A stretch of 64,000 nucleotides of DNA from an uncultured Candidatus Saccharibacteria bacterium. GTDB taxonomy: Bacteria; Patescibacteriota; Saccharimonadia; Saccharimonadales; Saccharimonadaceae. Below the pieces are notes generated by a model that was given only the letters and a program-made list of their open reading frames with translations, was not told where the DNA came from and searched no databases. The translations under genes were made by a program, and so were the position numbers. Shown piece by piece: positions 19,352 to 28,381 of this stretch. How positions within the stretch are numbered: position 1 is the first letter of the stretch; each line of letters begins with the position of its first letter. The stretch lies in assembly GCA_964532185.1 (NCBI GenBank), contig CAZHGO010000001.1:2897-66896 (forward strand), in the 5' to 3' direction.

Positions 19352-21509
19352 CAGCCAACTCTGCTCTGTATTCTCTTACAAATGCCACCACTGGATTTTC
19401 CGGCCCTTCAAAATATTTAATATTAGTATAGGCTGTTTCGTCACCATCATATTGTCTCAAAGAGTCTGTAGCGCGCGCCAATGAGACATACCTCTGTGCA
19501 TACTTGTATTTCTCCCAATCTGGATTAGAAGAAGAGTTTACAAACACCTTACCAGTTGCTATCGCTCTATCTTCCTCAGATGCTCCCAACCAAGTTTTAA
19601 TCAGGGAAATAATACTGGAAACAAATGGTATAGAAGATGAATCGCTAGATAATGCTTCTAGTACCCCCCCATCCATCACCCCTATTGGTGTAATTTTCTC
19701 ATTGTTATATTTGATGAAATCTGCTAGCACTGAATCCTTCTTTACAGTTCTTTTACCATTTTCGTATTCCGTATTTTCTTCTACAAACGCCATAAACTCT
19801 TCATTGCTAAAAGGATCATCAAGTGTGGAGGTATCAAAAGTTGCTATCTCTGAACAGGCTGCTGACCCCACTGCGTTATATAGAGAACCTATTGTCTCAC
19901 AATCCACACCAAAATTAGAAAGATATAATGTCCCTTCGTCTTCTGCATGAGTAGATGGCATCAATTTGGAAATCGCAGTGCCAATAGTCGTTCCAATTGA
20001 TCCGAAAATAGAATCCTGACTCATACCTATCGCAAAACTATGGATAATAGACCCCAAAAAAGTATTTGGCGAACTTATATCAAATGGGCTCCTATTGAGT
20101 CTATCTGCTTCGGCATCCAAAGCTAAAATTTCTGAATTTAATCTAGCATAGGACTTTACCGCATCACCATCACCCGCTGTACCACCACTAGCTTTGGCTA
20201 GCATTTTTCCCACATTTACCGCACCTTCCACCAAAAATTCTCCGCCATAAATTCCTCCAATCGTTTCAAAATTGTTTTCTACCATAGAGCTATTGATAGT
20301 TGGCACCGTTGCTGCCATCGCGTCATAGTTAGCCGCCTCTTCTCCACCAAACAAAAACCTACCAATCGTTCCCTTAGTTTTTGTACCGGTAGAAGTCACT
20401 GTTTCTTCTCTAAATTTATTGTCTACATTTCCTACCCCAATTTGATTCTCTACAGTTTTTAGTACTCTATCCGAAGCGTAATTAGTCACTTTATTTACGT
20501 CAATTTTTTCGCCAGACAAAATTGCATAAAGACTCGGTGATTGCAACATACTCCCCTTCATTGTCACTGTTTTACCAGTTTTTGTATCTACTATACTGGA
20601 CTCCTGTTCTTTAAAAAGGTAATTCATGGCTTCATTAATCTTAGAAGTATTTCCATCTCCTGCTTTCATTTTGCTAATGTTTTCCATAAACGCCATATAA
20701 AAAATTGCTGACTTTTGCTCTTTAGAAATAATATCTGCATTATTTAGAGCTATCGTTGCGTCCATGGTTGCCGAAAAACTATCCTCATTAAGATTATTTT
20801 CTGCTACCGTTTTTACAAAATCCTCCGCAGAAGAATTAGAGTTTGCTGTGTCACCAACCACTTCGTACTCAGTATATTTTTTACCTTCTTCATCAACTTT
20901 CTCTACTAGTCCTACATTACTCACATTTACATTGCTACCCTTACCCACTAATTTTTCCATTACCTCGTCAAACTCCGAATTTTTAGTATAGTTATTTCTA
21001 GTAGTGCCAATTTTTTTAAATACTTCTTCTGCCGACTCATCATAATAGTAGGCCGCTCTATCATAAGTTGCCAGTGTAAAAGCGTTATAAAAATTTGCAT
21101 CACTGTGTAATTTATTTATTAAATTTTCTGCAGAAATTGTCTCGCCATCAAAGACTAAACCATTCCCAACTACTTTTATTCCCTGCCCTTCTAACCTTTT
21201 TATAGTGTTTTCTGGGATACTATCATCGGATAGCGCCTGCTGAAACACCAAAAACTTACTTTCTGTAGCATCGGCATATTGTACATCTGTTGCTTCAATT
21301 AGTCTTTCTGAAATAGCTGCCGGGATAAAATTACCAAACGAAACAAATATTGCAACCACAACTAACATTAAAGCAATTAGACCTAACGCCCCCCACGATT
21401 TATACTGCTTTGTTTTTTTGGTTTTTCCTACCACACGAGAAATAATCTGTGCATCACCAGTATTTAGTGCAGACCTCTCGTTTGCCCTAAGTAATTCTTC
21501 CGCGGACAT
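19344..21509 (-). CDS. Large membrane-anchored secreted hypothetical protein
   Basis: Long ORF with an N-terminal TM and a Cys pair (GVDC...AAC). The likely start is ATG 21509 (MSAEELL). Confidence 0.75.
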   Translation of the reverse strand: MSAEELLRANERSALNTGDAQIISRVVGKTKKTKQYKSWGALGLIALMLVVVAIFVSFGNFIPAAISERLIEATDVQYADATESKFLVFQQALSDDSIPENTIKRLEGQGIKVVGNGLVFDGETISAENLINKLHSDANFYNAFTLATYDRAAYYYDESAEEVFKKIGTTRNNYTKNSEFDEVMEKLVGKGSNVNVSNVGLVEKVDEEGKKYTEYEVVGDTANSNSSAEDFVKTVAENNLNEDSFSATMDATIALNNADIISKEQKSAIFYMAFMENISKMKAGDGNTSKINEAMNYLFKEQESSIVDTKTGKTVTMKGSMLQSPSLYAILSGEKIDVNKVTNYASDRVLKTVENQIGVGNVDNKFREETVTSTGTKTKGTIGRFLFGGEEAANYDAMAATVPTINSSMVENNFETIGGIYGGEFLVEGAVNVGKMLAKASGGTAGDGDAVKSYARLNSEILALDAEADRLNRSPFDISSPNTFLGSIIHSFAIGMSQDSIFGSIGTTIGTAISKLMPSTHAEDEGTLYLSNFGVDCETIGSLYNAVGSAACSEIATFDTSTLDDPFSNEEFMAFVEENTEYENGKRTVKKDSVLADFIKYNNEKITPIGVMDGGVLEALSSDSSSIPFVSSIISLIKTWLGASEEDRAIATGKVFVNSSSNPDWEKYKYAQRYVSLARATDSLRQYDGDETAYTNIKYFEGPENPVVAFVREYRAELAAR

Positions 21510-21547
21510 GATATCTATATTATACAATATATGGTATAATATGGCTA

Positions 21548-22699
21548 GTGATAAAGATAGAAAAGTTTATTCCGGGTGGTTTTGCGCTTGGGGCCGCCGC
21601 AAGCGGCAAAAAGATGTTTTTTTGGAATGCCCTCCCTGGTGAAATTGTTACAGAATATGAAATTACCAAAAACAAATCTTCTTATGCCGAAGCTATCGCA
21701 ACCTTTATCAAAAACCCGTCACCTTACCGTGTAAAACCCAAAGATGAATGCTTTCTCTCTACTTCCCCTTGGCAAATTTTAGACTATGATTACGAATTAA
21801 AACAAAAATCCTTGCTCGTTCAAGAAATTTTTAGAGAACATAATATCAAAATTAATGCTCCAGTAGTTGTCACTGACGGCAAAGACTACGAGTATCGCAA
21901 TAAGATGGAATATTCGCTTTATTACGATATTGAAAAAGCCAAAATTTTCCCTGCTTTTCACGCTCGCGGTTCCCATCGCAAAATTCCTATTACAAAATCA
22001 TCTCTAGAGCGCCCTGAGATTTTTAAAAAAGCTAAGGAGATTATTGACGATTTAAACGCCCGTGGCGAAGAGGCTCGCAAATACCAAACTTTACTTCTTC
22101 GCTGCAATCAAAACGGCGAAGTTTCCGGCGGGCTCTACGAAAATCACCAACCCCATCCAGTTTTTGATAATCTCAAAGATATTATTTTGGGTCAAGAATA
22201 TTCCTATTCTCCCAACGGCTTTTTTCAAATCAATCTTCCGGTCTACGAACTGGCTTTAAAAGAAATCAAAAAACATGTCACCACAGATAATGTCTTAGAC
22301 CTTTACGCCGGTGTAGGCACTATCGGCTTGTCCGTCGCTCGTGACAAAAATTTGACCCTAGTAGAAGTCGACAAATCTGCCTACAAAGAATTAGTGAGTA
22401 ATGCCAATAACGCCAAAACCATTCTAGATAAATCTGAAAATGTATTAAATTATATTCAAAATAATCAGACAGTTATTTTGGATCCACCAAGAGCTGGCTG
22501 TGACAAAAAATTAATAGACACACTATTAGAAATTGCTCCCCAAAAAATCATTTATCTCTCTTGCAATCCTGCCACTCAGGCCCGCGACGCTAAGTATTTA
22601 TTGGAAAAATATCAAATAGAGCTAGTCAAAACCTTTAACTTCTTCCCTCACACTCCTCATATTGAAAACTTAATAGTTTTGGAGCGAAAAAATGGATAA
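21548..22699 (+). CDS. RlmD/TrmA-family RNA m5U methyltransferase with TRAM-like N-terminus
   Basis: YRNKMEY, FFQIN, LDLYAGVGTIG, DPPRAG, YLSCNPATQARD and FFPHTPHIE. Confidence 0.9.
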   Translation: MIKIEKFIPGGFALGAAASGKKMFFWNALPGEIVTEYEITKNKSSYAEAIATFIKNPSPYRVKPKDECFLSTSPWQILDYDYELKQKSLLVQEIFREHNIKINAPVVVTDGKDYEYRNKMEYSLYYDIEKAKIFPAFHARGSHRKIPITKSSLERPEIFKKAKEIIDDLNARGEEARKYQTLLLRCNQNGEVSGGLYENHQPHPVFDNLKDIILGQEYSYSPNGFFQINLPVYELALKEIKKHVTTDNVLDLYAGVGTIGLSVARDKNLTLVEVDKSAYKELVSNANNAKTILDKSENVLNYIQNNQTVILDPPRAGCDKKLIDTLLEIAPQKIIYLSCNPATQARDAKYLLEKYQIELVKTFNFFPHTPHIENLIVLERKNG

Positions 22700-23363
22700 C
22701 TTGCCCAAAAAACGCACCCTCTGGTTTGCCATCATTAATGCATTTTTAATTCTCACTACCATTATTGTTACATACATTACTTTATGTTTTGGCACGGTGG
22801 CCGGACAGGTAGATACCGGCACTAGCTATGGTTGGGAATATATTATCACCTTTACGGTCCAAAGCAACCTTTTGCTAGGTTTAATTGCCTTAATTAATTT
22901 AATTTTTAGTATCAGAAACCTCAAATATAACAAACCTATCCCACGAGCGGTTTTTAACTGGTATTTGGTAGCTTCTTCTGCTGCCATGCTCACCGCTCTT
23001 GTAGTGATATTTTTCCTAGCGCCCTTACGGACCTTTTCTGGCCGCAATTATTTTGACATGCTGCTTGGTCCCATGTTTTTCTTCCACTTCTTTAATCCAT
23101 TTCTCTCCGCCGCCGCGTTTATTTATCTTACGCCTAAGATAAAATTTGCTCGTCCAGATTGCTTCCTAGCGCTCATTCCTCCAATCGTTTACGCCGGCCC
23201 ATATATTTTAAATGTGGTAATTCTCAAAAACTGGCCAGACTTTTATCATTTTACTTTTGGTGGCCACAACTGGGCAATTTTGCCGGTATTCATTGTTATT
23301 TCCGCCATTACTTTTTCGATTGCTTCGCTTCTTGCTTATCTTCATAATCGCCGCCACCACTAG
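22692..23363 (+). CDS. Pr6Pr-like integral membrane protein
   Basis: About six TMs; TFTVQSNL, HFFNP and YHF motifs. Confidence 0.7.
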   Translation: MDNLPKKRTLWFAIINAFLILTTIIVTYITLCFGTVAGQVDTGTSYGWEYIITFTVQSNLLLGLIALINLIFSIRNLKYNKPIPRAVFNWYLVASSAAMLTALVVIFFLAPLRTFSGRNYFDMLLGPMFFFHFFNPFLSAAAFIYLTPKIKFARPDCFLALIPPIVYAGPYILNVVILKNWPDFYHFTFGGHNWAILPVFIVISAITFSIASLLAYLHNRRHH

Positions 23364-23374
23364 TATAAAAATCT

Positions 23375-23402
23375 TTGCAAATCTTTTTGGTTGTGCTATT
23401 AT
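23375..23402 (+). promoter_or_regulatory. Sigma70-type promoter for the FISUMP-1 leader
   Basis: TTGCAA (23375-80), 16-nt spacer with TG at 23394-95, TATTAT (23397-402); predicted TSS ~23408-23410. Confidence 0.6.
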
Positions 23403-23407
23403 AAAAA

Positions 23408-23612
23408 TAAGGAATGACAAACCCCAACGCACTTTTTAACTAGAACTTTGGCTAAATATAAAATTAAACGTAAAAATCGGCACCAGTAGGTCCAATTGCG
23501 TTTAATCTTGTACGAGGTCAAATGCGTTGGGGTTTGTCAGCCTACGGGTGCCGATTTTTAATTATATGACCCTTAAACAAATCGGCACCCGTAGAATTCC
23601 TTAAGAAGGGAA
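23408..23612 (+). ncRNA. Putative structured cis-regulatory 5' leader
   Basis: Perfect complements 23415-31/23523-39 (17 bp), 23471-84/23547-60 (14 bp), 23542-57/23579-94 (16 bp) and 23408-15/23596-603 (8 bp); further stem 23463-73/23496-506; SD hairpin 23597-612. Confidence 0.6.
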
Positions 23613-23616
23613 ATAC

Positions 23617-25410
23617 ATGGTCATACAAATCAAGAATTATATCAACAAATTCAAGCTTATCCGTATAACAGGTATTGCTACTAGTGTAGCTTTCCTCTTA
23701 TTAGTATTCCTTTCAGTATTCCCAATCATCGGCTATCAAGAGCAAGCCGAAGCCACACCAATAACTAGCACTTCTACTATTACGATTACTTCTGCTTCTA
23801 GTATAGCTAGTGTAGATATTGCTCCAATAGCAAGTACTGGCACTTTTGCTAGTAGTGATAGTAACTCATCAGTAGCTTTTGGAGTAAGTACGGATAATCT
23901 CACTGGTTATCAGCTAAGTATTATAGGCAATGATGCTACTGGAGAACTTACTAATACAAGCCATGGTGATACTATAGCTTCTATCTCCAGTCCAGTAGAT
24001 GCTACTACCTTTGCTACAGGAGATACAGAGACTTATGTTAACAAATGGGGTATATTACCTAGCAAATTGAATTCAACTGCTAATACAGATTTTCTAGCAG
24101 CTCCTACTACAAATACCAATATCATTATAGACATTACTTCTAGTCCTAATACTATCGCTAATAACTATACTATAGGCCTAGGAGCTAGAGTAGACTATAC
24201 CAAGCCAGTAGGAACTTATACTAATACTTATGTATTGCAAGCGGTAGGAAGACCAGTTATGTATACAGTTAACTATTTAGACGATAGTCCAGATACTACT
24301 ACAGTATCTTCTACTCTCCCTGCTCCAGAAGCTGGTCCTAATGCTATAGCTAAACTAGCTCTTTCTACTACTATTCCTACTAGAGCTACTTACAAGTTTA
24401 ATAAATGGTGTGATGGTACTGTTACTCATTCTACTGCTGGTGATACTTGTTCTGGTACTACTTATAGTTCTGGAGCAGACTTTATTCCTACCATTAATGG
24501 CACTAATAACCTTTATGCTATGTGGAGTCCAGTAACCTTTGCTGAAGCTTATCAAGAAGCTGGGAAAAGCCAAACTAGTGGTTATTATAAAATGCAAGAT
24601 ATGACTACTAACATCTGTGCGGCAGTTACCCAAGACCAAAAGATTCAACTGATGGATGCTCGCCAAGAAACTAGTACAGTTACTTATAGAACTTATTGGA
24701 TAGCTAAACTCAGAGATGATAAGTGTTGGATGATACAAAATTTGAGGCTGGGAGCTAGCCTTGCTGCTAGCAGTGGGAGTATGACGCTTACTACTAGTAA
24801 TTCTAATATTACTAATAATTTCGAACTTACCAATAAACAGTCTCACCCAGTTCATTTTCCTAGCAAAAATCTTGGCAAAGTAGATCCCGCTGTGTCAGAT
24901 AGTATTTTTGTATGGGATGGACCAGCTTTTTACTGTGCCCCATCAGACGGCAATAACTACGTCGGCTGCTATTATAATTGGTACACCGCAACTGCAGGTA
25001 TAGGTAAGGGAGGATATGGACCAAACGGTGCAACTACGCCAACCACAGTTGAAGGCAATATCTCGGTTGACATTTGTCCTAAAGGATGGATGATGCCTAG
25101 CGATGGTGATAATAGCGATTTCCAAGCACTGTCTAATCAATATACGCCGCTCCAAATGCTAGTAACAAACCCCACTATTACATATGATAATGACGGAACA
25201 TATTTGCCAGGTTTTCTTCTCGGCGGATATTATACAGGTACGGCAGACGATGGTATGGGTGTTTCTAATTCAGGATGGTATTGGTCTCGTACTAATTATT
25301 CCATGGGGTATGCCTACCGGTTTATTATAACTACAACTAAAGTTAGTTATAATACTAAATACAATAAAGATACTGGCAACTCCATTCGCTGCCTCGCCTA
25401 TAGCTCCTAA
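23617..25410 (+). CDS. Secreted surface protein: signal peptide, WxL/pilin-like module, InlB-like repeat, FISUMP-like domain (FISUMP-1)
   Basis: AEA cleavage site; GARVDYTKPVGTYTNTYVL; YKFNKW...NLYAMW; DDKCWMIQNL, YYNWYTATAG, ICPKGWMMP, GWYWS and SIRCL. Confidence 0.8.
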   Translation: MVIQIKNYINKFKLIRITGIATSVAFLLLVFLSVFPIIGYQEQAEATPITSTSTITITSASSIASVDIAPIASTGTFASSDSNSSVAFGVSTDNLTGYQLSIIGNDATGELTNTSHGDTIASISSPVDATTFATGDTETYVNKWGILPSKLNSTANTDFLAAPTTNTNIIIDITSSPNTIANNYTIGLGARVDYTKPVGTYTNTYVLQAVGRPVMYTVNYLDDSPDTTTVSSTLPAPEAGPNAIAKLALSTTIPTRATYKFNKWCDGTVTHSTAGDTCSGTTYSSGADFIPTINGTNNLYAMWSPVTFAEAYQEAGKSQTSGYYKMQDMTTNICAAVTQDQKIQLMDARQETSTVTYRTYWIAKLRDDKCWMIQNLRLGASLAASSGSMTLTTSNSNITNNFELTNKQSHPVHFPSKNLGKVDPAVSDSIFVWDGPAFYCAPSDGNNYVGCYYNWYTATAGIGKGGYGPNGATTPTTVEGNISVDICPKGWMMPSDGDNSDFQALSNQYTPLQMLVTNPTITYDNDGTYLPGFLLGGYYTGTADDGMGVSNSGWYWSRTNYSMGYAYRFIITTTKVSYNTKYNKDTGNSIRCLAYSS

Positions 25411-25427
25411 AACAACAAAAAACCAAT

Positions 25428-27167
25428 TTATTCCGGCAACAAATAATCCAGATAATCCTTGAGCATCCTTGTCCCAGATATTATCGGCAAAAAGCCAGCA
25501 AGTTGTTTTTGGATTAACCCCGCCAAAACATCTCTATCTTGCCAGGCTCTTCCGGCTTCGTCCATCCGCCGATAAAGCTCCAAAACTTCTTCATCTTCCC
25601 CCATTCCTCGTACCGAAAGATAATCAGAAATAGAACCATCCGCTACGCCACCATCATGCGTAGAAATTAACAAATTTAAGTTACCTATATCCTTTTCCCA
25701 GGATGTGCCACAAGCTTCCAGGCCCACAATCGGCATATTAATTGCTATGTTAGAGCCCACAGACAGTGCATAGGCTAATCTTTCATCATAATCTACGATA
25801 TAATGCACGTGCTCTCTCAAAAAATCATCCGAATTAACTAGCTCCAAAACGTCCCTCAAAATTCCCGCCATCTTCACGTCCCCTGTATGCACTCTGCCCG
25901 CAATAATATAATGTGCATTATATTTTTGCAAAATCTCTCTTAATCTTGCAGGGTCTTTAAAAGGTAGTTGTGGCCTTTTGTAATTCACGAAACGCCGCTT
26001 AAAGTCAAACAAAATCTCTCCATTTTCAAATTTGAGGTACCGCCCATTTTGATCCGGACGCCTAGAAAGCTCATCATTTAATATCCCTCTACCAATTTCT
26101 TTAAATCCCAAAATCAAATCGCAAGAAAGCGCCTTTAATTTTTCCGCAAAATCAGGGGTAGGGATGTCAAATTCATCCAGGATCTTTTCGTCATGATAAA
26201 AGTTCATAATATCTGGTAGAATCCATTTTTGTAGGTCAATTCCATTAGTGATTGCCTTGAATTTTACCCTCTCACCGGCAATGTCGCGATAATTTGCCAC
26301 CCTAGCGTGTAATTTAGAAACCCCCGAGCGTAGCTCCGCGATTTCTATCGCTACCGAAGATAGCTTAACTTTTCCATTCACAAATTTATCTGAAAGCCAC
26401 TTTTTAACTGCTCGAGATTTAAGATTAGGAAAGACAAAATTTTCAAATTGGCCATAATAAAATTCCGCTTCCGCCGCCTGTATTAAAGTATGATTGGTAT
26501 AAAGTGTATGTTTGCGGGTGTAGACCATCGCTTCATAAAAATCCATTCCGTTAGAGACTAGCTCATCCAAACGCACCAAGGCGGCAAAAAACGTCGCCAC
26601 TTCATTTAGCTGCATGATCGCTGGCCTCAAACCCAACAATTTTAATGCTTGATATCCACCAAAACCTAGCGACACTTCTTGGTAAAGTCTATGATCAGAG
26701 CCAGAAAGCCCCGAATATAGCTCGCCAAAATTAGGCTCTGTAATTGCTAGAATCCGAGTATTTTCAAAAGCCTTTTCTATTACCTCCAGATTACAATCAT
26801 TGCCGCAACACCTCACCGATACGTCGCCAACTTTATTAAAACCATAGTTACGATAATCTACGGGGATATGCTCGTCTACAATCTGCCCGTCTTGCCATTT
26901 TTGATGGGTCTCAAACGGGTAAAAAGGTGTTATCAAAACAAACGGGACCTTCACTTGTTCAGCTATTCGCCTAGCATCAGCCGCCAGAACCCCCAAACCG
27001 CCGCCACCACGAATCCCATTTTCTTGATCGTATAATTCTAGAGTCCAATAGGTATAAGGACGCTCTGGCGACAACTTGCGATTAAACACACGCCTATCAA
27101 TAGCGGTTTCAAAAACTTCGGTATCTTCAATATTTTCTAATGGATGATAAAAAAAATCTTGTTCCAT
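25428..27167 (-). CDS. Alpha-glucan (glycogen/maltodextrin) phosphorylase-like, GT35, short form
   Basis: GGGGLGVLAAD, DHRLYQEVSLGFGG, YTNHT, ITNGID, RRFVNYKR and LEACGTSWEK. Likely start ATG 27167. Confidence 0.85.
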   Translation of the reverse strand: MEQDFFYHPLENIEDTEVFETAIDRRVFNRKLSPERPYTYWTLELYDQENGIRGGGGLGVLAADARRIAEQVKVPFVLITPFYPFETHQKWQDGQIVDEHIPVDYRNYGFNKVGDVSVRCCGNDCNLEVIEKAFENTRILAITEPNFGELYSGLSGSDHRLYQEVSLGFGGYQALKLLGLRPAIMQLNEVATFFAALVRLDELVSNGMDFYEAMVYTRKHTLYTNHTLIQAAEAEFYYGQFENFVFPNLKSRAVKKWLSDKFVNGKVKLSSVAIEIAELRSGVSKLHARVANYRDIAGERVKFKAITNGIDLQKWILPDIMNFYHDEKILDEFDIPTPDFAEKLKALSCDLILGFKEIGRGILNDELSRRPDQNGRYLKFENGEILFDFKRRFVNYKRPQLPFKDPARLREILQKYNAHYIIAGRVHTGDVKMAGILRDVLELVNSDDFLREHVHYIVDYDERLAYALSVGSNIAINMPIVGLEACGTSWEKDIGNLNLLISTHDGGVADGSISDYLSVRGMGEDEEVLELYRRMDEAGRAWQDRDVLAGLIQKQLAGFLPIISGTRMLKDYLDYLLPE

Positions 27168-27282
27168 GCTTATGCTTATTATAACATCAATAATCAAAAA
27201 TTGAAACGGAATTCATTTTCGTTTAATTTTCTTACTGGTTTCTTTTTCTGGGCTTTTCTTCCCAAAGAAAAGCCCAAATACT

Positions 27283-28248
27283 TTAATACCAAAAGTTTTT
27301 CGGCAGCTCATCGGCAACTCTTTGGTGAAATTCCCAATCAAACTCAGGAATTTTTTCAGGTATTTTGCCATCTTTGAAATATTTTTGGCGAATATATTCG
27401 GCAGTCATTGGCTTACCTGGAATCAAGCGATATTTTTTACGCATATTAAGGCCCCTTTTATACCCATTCGGTGGCAAAACTGCCATCGGCAAAAAGTCAC
27501 ATTTCATTTCTGGATCCTGATATAGTCTCAAAGCTAGTACCGACATCGTGGGTATAATTGGTTCCTTTTTTTCATACACATCCCTATTTTTAAATACTTT
27601 TTCTTGTCTAGTAGCTGATGGTGCTACAAAAATCACCCCACCATTCTTGATTACCTGATGTGATAAATCTGTGTACATATCTTTGAACTCATGTTTGATT
27701 CTATTTCCCTGCTCATACAAAAATGTACCCTTTTTAAGGCCCATTTTCTCCCAGGTAGAAGGTGTAATAGTTGGCGTAATGATAATCCCCAACATTTTAA
27801 TCTTGTCATAAAATGGAGCAAGCGCCTCATACCACGGTAAATTTACTGGAAAAAGCATCGTCGAGTCACCCATCACGTCTACTTTCATCATCATAATTCG
27901 CCCGATTTCGCCCAAAGAGGGATGATTAAAACCCACCACCAAACCATTTTTAGTATCCTTAGGGAAGCCTTTATATTCTCCTGGCGCAACCCTAGAAAGT
28001 ACCTTTACTAATTTTTTTCTAGCACTTTTACAATGTTTTTCATAGTTATTTTTTGGCCCCGTAGAAGCAATAAAATATTCCACCGCTGCCTTGCAGACTT
28101 TGCCCACTGGCACCATTTCTTTTCGCAATTTTTCTGCACCAAAAGTCTTAAGGAGTGAATAATTTTCATAAATAATTTTGCGATTAATCTCCCCCGCCGA
28201 AAGAGTTTCAAGCTCTTTTTTGGTGAATGTCTTTTTTCTGCCACTCAT
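27283..28248 (-). CDS. PlsC-like acyltransferase-fold protein
   Basis: VVGFNHPSLGE (HX4D/E block I) and IFVAPSATR (FPEGTR-like block III). Confidence 0.55.
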   Translation of the reverse strand: MSGRKKTFTKKELETLSAGEINRKIIYENYSLLKTFGAEKLRKEMVPVGKVCKAAVEYFIASTGPKNNYEKHCKSARKKLVKVLSRVAPGEYKGFPKDTKNGLVVGFNHPSLGEIGRIMMMKVDVMGDSTMLFPVNLPWYEALAPFYDKIKMLGIIITPTITPSTWEKMGLKKGTFLYEQGNRIKHEFKDMYTDLSHQVIKNGGVIFVAPSATRQEKVFKNRDVYEKKEPIIPTMSVLALRLYQDPEMKCDFLPMAVLPPNGYKRGLNMRKKYRLIPGKPMTAEYIRQKYFKDGKIPEKIPEFDWEFHQRVADELPKNFWY

Positions 28249-28297
28249 GCCTTCATTATAGCATTTTTTAAGAATTTATGGTAAAATATGAGAGTAC

Positions 28298-28372
28298 TGG
28301 GGTGTCGCCAAGTGGTAAGGCAACGGGTTCTGGTCCCGTCATTCGTGGGTTCGAGTCCTACCACCCCAGCCA
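28298..28372 (+). tRNA. tRNA-Gln (anticodon CTG)
   Basis: Acceptor stem TGGGGTG/CACCCCA, anticodon arm ACGGG-TTCTGGT-CCCGT, TTCGAGT T-loop, encoded CCA. Confidence 0.97.
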
Positions 28373-28381
28373 GAATAAAAC

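Noticed and set aside
23415-23594. Retron msr-msd or a known riboswitch (c-di-GMP, c-di-AMP, ZTP, T-box)
   Set aside because: No adjacent RT, and I could not match the conserved cores of these classes by eye; kept as an unknown structured leader.
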